The notes under the pieces are model-generated. The model was not told where the DNA came from, ran no database searches, and saw only the letters and a list, made by a program, of their open reading frames with translations. Made by a program: the position numbers and the translations under genes. From positions 1 to 50,817 of the forward strand of contig KZ538737.1 in the NCBI GenBank assembly GCA_000934665.2: a DNA stretch of 50,817 nucleotides. Reading direction: 5' to 3'. The DNA is from Catajapyx aquilonaris (Eukaryota). Each line of letters starts with the position of its first letter. The first letter of the stretch is position 1. Positions 46,970 to 50,817 of the stretch are shown one piece after another.

Positions 46970-47148
46970 CACTGTAAACCACAAAGCTTTAAGTAAGCAT
47001 TGAGTGAGCATTAAGCATTTAAAAATTAATGCTCACTTAATGCTCCATGTTGACAATATTAAAATGTTCCATGCCAGTTCTTACATAATGCTCCGTAGAA
47101 GAGCGCAGTAGTGATTTTCCTTTAATGCTTTACAATATATTTACAGTG
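46970..47148. mobile_element. Short CACTG-terminated MITE (CMC/EnSpm-like)
   Basis: TIR CACTGTAAA / TTTACAGTG with internal inverted GAGCATTAA / TTAATGCTC subterminal repeats. Confidence 0.55.
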
Positions 47149-47853
47149 CAGACATAAAATAATTTCTGTACCAAATGAGTAGCATATTGACTGAGACAGA
47201 ATAAAAAATAATTAGACAAAAAATGTGTACATTAATGTTTGACATTCAATGTGAGAGCATGATAATTACTATTTTTCGTTTCTGCTTCTCTTTTTTCTTT
47301 CTTTTTTTCTTTTTTGTAATTGAGTACCGGTAAACATTCTGCCAGCAATAACCTCCAAAATAAATACTATCCGATGATTCAATAATGCAAAATAAAAGCA
47401 TCTCTGGAGAAATAACGAATTTTCTCCAAATCATTCTCCAAAATAATCAGGTATATCCAAGTTAGGAAAATGCGAAGGAGAAACGCGTGGGACTGGAAGG
47501 GTATGACTGGGTCATACCATGTCAATTCAGGAAATGGCTGAGGCTCGACCCCTTTCGATTTATATATAAAAAAAATATACAAAAAATGCGTGTGGAACTA
47601 TGCAGGACTTAATACCAAATCCAAAATTGTGCACTCCTGGAGTTATATTTCACCGAGATAATAAGCATGACAATCTCAACAATGTACACACCGCCATTCC
47701 ATTATTGTTAAACCATTACATATTGTATATCTACAGGATACATATCATATGAAAGGTAATGAACAGTAGAATCTTATGGTGAGATAAAATTTGATCGAAT
47801 GTTTTATTTTAAATTATAAAAAAATAAAACGCACAATCTCTATTTACTCTATA

Positions 47854-48298
47854 CAGGGTGTTCATGAAAAACACCGACACACCTATATCACCCCCGACCT
47901 ACTAGGGACCAGACGATCACATTATGTAGACGAGTGATTATTCCTATGTCGCCTCATTACCGCGCAAATTGCCTTCAAACAGGTAGTATAAATATAAAAT
48001 ATCCTGGAAGTTAGGCCACACATCGAACCCTCCCCCAGTCAGAAGGCTCTGGAAGGTCTGGGGGCCGGACTTTGTAGGTTTGTTGCCCACAGGTGGTAAG
48101 GCCTCTTTGGCTAGTTACACCAGAAAATTCTATTTAAAAGTCAGAAGGAGCGATTAGGCAAAAATCGCTGAAGAGCAGGTGGGTCAATATCTCAGTAAGG
48201 AGTCGGTCTAGACATAATGACTCCTCTACATAAAGTGATCCTCTGGTGCCTAGGTAGGGGGTGGTATAGGTTTGTCGGTGTTGTTCATGAACACCCTG
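47854..48298. mobile_element. Tc1/mariner-type MITE inside a larger inverted repeat (47657-48383)
   Basis: TA|CAGGGTGTTCATGAA ... TTCATGAACACCCTG|TA with ~80-bp imperfect arms; outer arms GATAATAAGCATGACAATCTCAACAATGTACACACCGCCAT at 47657 and its reverse complement ending at 48383. Confidence 0.8.
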
Positions 48299-48531
48299 TA
48301 TATCATGTAGGTATACAATGTAATGGTTTATCAATGGAATATATGGCGGTGTGTACATTGTTGAGATTGTCATGCTTATTATCCAGAGCGCCTAGCTTCT
48401 GCAGCGGAATCCGGCATTTTCATAAGTGATTTAATTTCCGTGGCCAAAGTAAGATATTCAACACTAGGTGGCTACACCTATTGAAACCAGATCAGCCCCC
48501 GGACACTTATACTACATTCTGATCTTATCGC

Positions 48532-48817
48532 CTGCCGGGGCGTTTTGCAGAGGGTGCTCATCTGAGCGCGCCATGAGACATTTCAGAGCACTGGTATGTG
48601 GCGGCCCTACCGGACTAGGCTGAACTTTATAGGTACAAAAGGGAAGGGCTACATTGGGAAACCCAACATGGTCGCCGGCGGCCCATGTTGGGCCCGCATG
48701 TAGCGCTTCCCTTTCGTACCTATAAAGTTCAGCCTAGTCCGGTAGGGCCGCCACATATACCAGTGCAGTGAAATGTCTCATGCTCAGGTGAGCACCTCGT
48801 GCAAAACGCTGCGGCAG
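48532..48817. repeat. Foldback element, copy B (~290-bp hairpin with a perfect 42-bp inner stem)
   Basis: 48595-48636 is the exact reverse complement of 48716-48757; the outer arms and the inner CCCAACATGG/CCATGTTGGG also pair. Confidence 0.9.
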
Positions 48818-49396
48818 ATGGTGGGCGGGAGTGACCTGACCTGAGTATTCTAAGATCATGGGCCAGTAATCTTGGGATACCAATAACAGATTACAGTTCT
48901 GTTGGCATCACTAGTTGGCGCTAAATATTATTTTGCTGATGTCGACATAATCATTATGTCCACACCAGCAGGTCTCAGGAGGATATACATCGCATCCAAC
49001 GGCAAAAAATAAAAATTATATTAAATTCTAATCGGCTTAATCATAATATGATTAAAATTCAAACAAAATTAATTAGTTACCCAAATTGCCATTCTTGGGG
49101 TATAGGCTACTGTGAGCATACCTCGTAAACCCTCGTATACACTAATCTTCATAAGCTCATAATATGACATACAGCGAATTTGACGTGATGGTGATAAATA
49201 TATCAGTATGATAATGACGCCAATAAACATATAATAATATCTGTTGGTAAAATAATATTTCGTTAACAAGTTCAATCAATATTATCCACCTAGATAATAT
49301 AATGAATAATATTTTGCTACCAAATGAGACTCAAGATATGAAGGATTTAATGGTGATGGTAAATTAGTAGCACCTGATTTAAAGGAGTACACTGCA

Positions 49397-50817
49397 TCAT
49401 ATTCGACCAGGCGTTATTCGACAAAAATGAGCAATTTCCGCCGCCAGTACCACTACACAGCCCAGCAAGCCCAGAATCCACATGTTGAAGATGGCTCCCA
49501 ACTTGTCCATTGTCATCACTTCATCTCGAACGTATGTCTTGGCAGCGATCTCTTCCGCCTCTAGGACCCTCCTCAGGTTGCGGAGGAAGTTCATGTACTT
49601 CTCGTGATTGATCCAAGTTTCTAATAAGTTGGTGCCCACAACCACGTCCACCACTTTTCTTGTCAAGTGAAACAGTTGGGTTTGGCCTTTTGCAGTACCG
49701 GCAAAGGTATACGCAGAGAATCTTTCTTCTTGGAGCCATTGAAGGTTCAGGGTCCCATCACTGCTCGTGTGAAGATACGTTTCTCTCTCTAGGAGAACGT
49801 TGAAACCAATGCAGACAACGTCGTCATCTCGAGTTTTACGCAGACAATTCTGGGTAGTACCTCCCATTTTAATGCACTTACACATCTCAACCACAACGGG
49901 ATCCTGAGCCGTTTTACAGTAGTGACTTAGAAGGAGATAGTTTAACATATCCCCTTCCATATTCCAGTTTGAATATATTATTTCTTGGAAAGTGGTTGGA
50001 ACAAATTCTCTCGGGGGCCATGTCAGGAAGGACACTAGTTTGGCCCTGTACCCAGTGGTGATCACCATGACAAACATGAGCATACATGCAGTGAAGGTAA
50101 TTGCGAAGTGTCTTCCTGTCAGATTCTCATTCTGCTCCATCAGAGTTCGCAAAATGAGGCCGACTGATTGTGAAAATGACAGAGTACTGGTCGAGTTACG
50201 TCTCCGTTTGGATATATAAAATGAGGCGATAAACAGTGTGATTAGACTGAATGCAATCAAGCCCCAGACCAAGAGTGGATAAGGCATGAAGATCACCTTC
50301 CAGGTCACAATTCTTCTAGGGATCCTTGCCAAGCCCGTTCCAAAGGCGAATATGTAAGGTTGGGGAATATTAAGGAATGAGTACGATTCTTCCGAAGCTA
50401 AAATGCATGGTAAGGTATCGGTCTTGTTCTGCACCAGACCACCCACCAACCCTCCCCAGGTTCCGTTTGGGTAACGAGAGTCCAGTTCCACTCGAAATTC
50501 CTCCGTAGTGTACTCCATTTTTCCGCCTATAGCACCTTCCGAAAATATTGACATTCTCTGGTACAAGTCAAGAGAAATCTCACCCTCAGCCTCCTTCTGC
50601 TTCCTCGCAGCTGGCACGTCATTGTCTACGTAGAAACGAACCCTAAATACCCTTCCGTTCATCCTCTTGACGTCGTAGTCTCGAAAGAAGAGATTCACCA
50701 TGCCTCCACCACCGTCATCGGATGGATCGAACACTCCGAGATGCAGTGTTTGTGGGTACCCTCCTTGTGCGCAGTAGAAGCAGACCGTGTCCACCTTGAT
50801 CCGCCCATCGGGGCCAT
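49397..50817 (-). CDS. Divergent ionotropic receptor (variant iGluR chemoreceptor), intronless in window, 5' end off-window
   Basis: The frame stays open to the window edge. S1 NGTWGGLVGGLVQNKTD, M1 LLVWGLIAFSLITLFIA, pore region LILRTLMEQ, M2 ending GYRAKLVSFLT (SYTANLAAFLT equivalent), final TM LGAIFNMWILGLLGCVVVLAAEI. Confidence 0.88.
   Translation of the reverse strand, partial: GPDGRIKVDTVCFYCAQGGYPQTLHLGVFDPSDDGGGGMVNLFFRDYDVKRMNGRVFRVRFYVDNDVPAARKQKEAEGEISLDLYQRMSIFSEGAIGGKMEYTTEEFRVELDSRYPNGTWGGLVGGLVQNKTDTLPCILASEESYSFLNIPQPYIFAFGTGLARIPRRIVTWKVIFMPYPLLVWGLIAFSLITLFIASFYISKRRRNSTSTLSFSQSVGLILRTLMEQNENLTGRHFAITFTACMLMFVMVITTGYRAKLVSFLTWPPREFVPTTFQEIIYSNWNMEGDMLNYLLLSHYCKTAQDPVVVEMCKCIKMGGTTQNCLRKTRDDDVVCIGFNVLLERETYLHTSSDGTLNLQWLQEERFSAYTFAGTAKGQTQLFHLTRKVVDVVVGTNLLETWINHEKYMNFLRNLRRVLEAEEIAAKTYVRDEVMTMDKLGAIFNMWILGLLGCVVVLAAEIAHFCRITPGRI

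Noticed and set aside
50794..50817. ATG at the extreme window end as the IR start codon
   Set aside because: It is out of frame with the IR ORF, which stays open past the edge.

Overview
Eukaryotic (arthropod-like) genomic DNA with spliceosomal GT-AG introns; no prokaryotic features. I built gene models by hand from the ORF track and splice sites. The + strand carries four co-oriented genes: frataxin (4 coding exons, 1074-1994), a KIAA0825/DUF4495-like gene (8 exons, 2019-5653) starting only 24 nt after the frataxin stop, the tRNA wybutosine hydroxylase TYW5 (6659-7625), and RNA polymerase II elongation factor ELL (9 exons, 10150-40191, with 7.8 kb and 19.1 kb introns rich in MITEs, Helitrons, a SINE and satellites). 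The - strand at the right end carries a divergent ionotropic (chemo)receptor open to the window edge and a 5'-truncated duplicate exactly 3600 bp away, each followed by a related foldback element. The most unusual signal is the frataxin/KIAA0825 junction. It reads in one frame as stop, ATG, 6-codon mini-ORF, stop, ATG, with no poly(A) signal between the genes and a second strong splice donor inside frataxin intron 3. This suggests a dicistronic or exon-sharing transcription unit. Family assignments come from motif recognition, not database searches.
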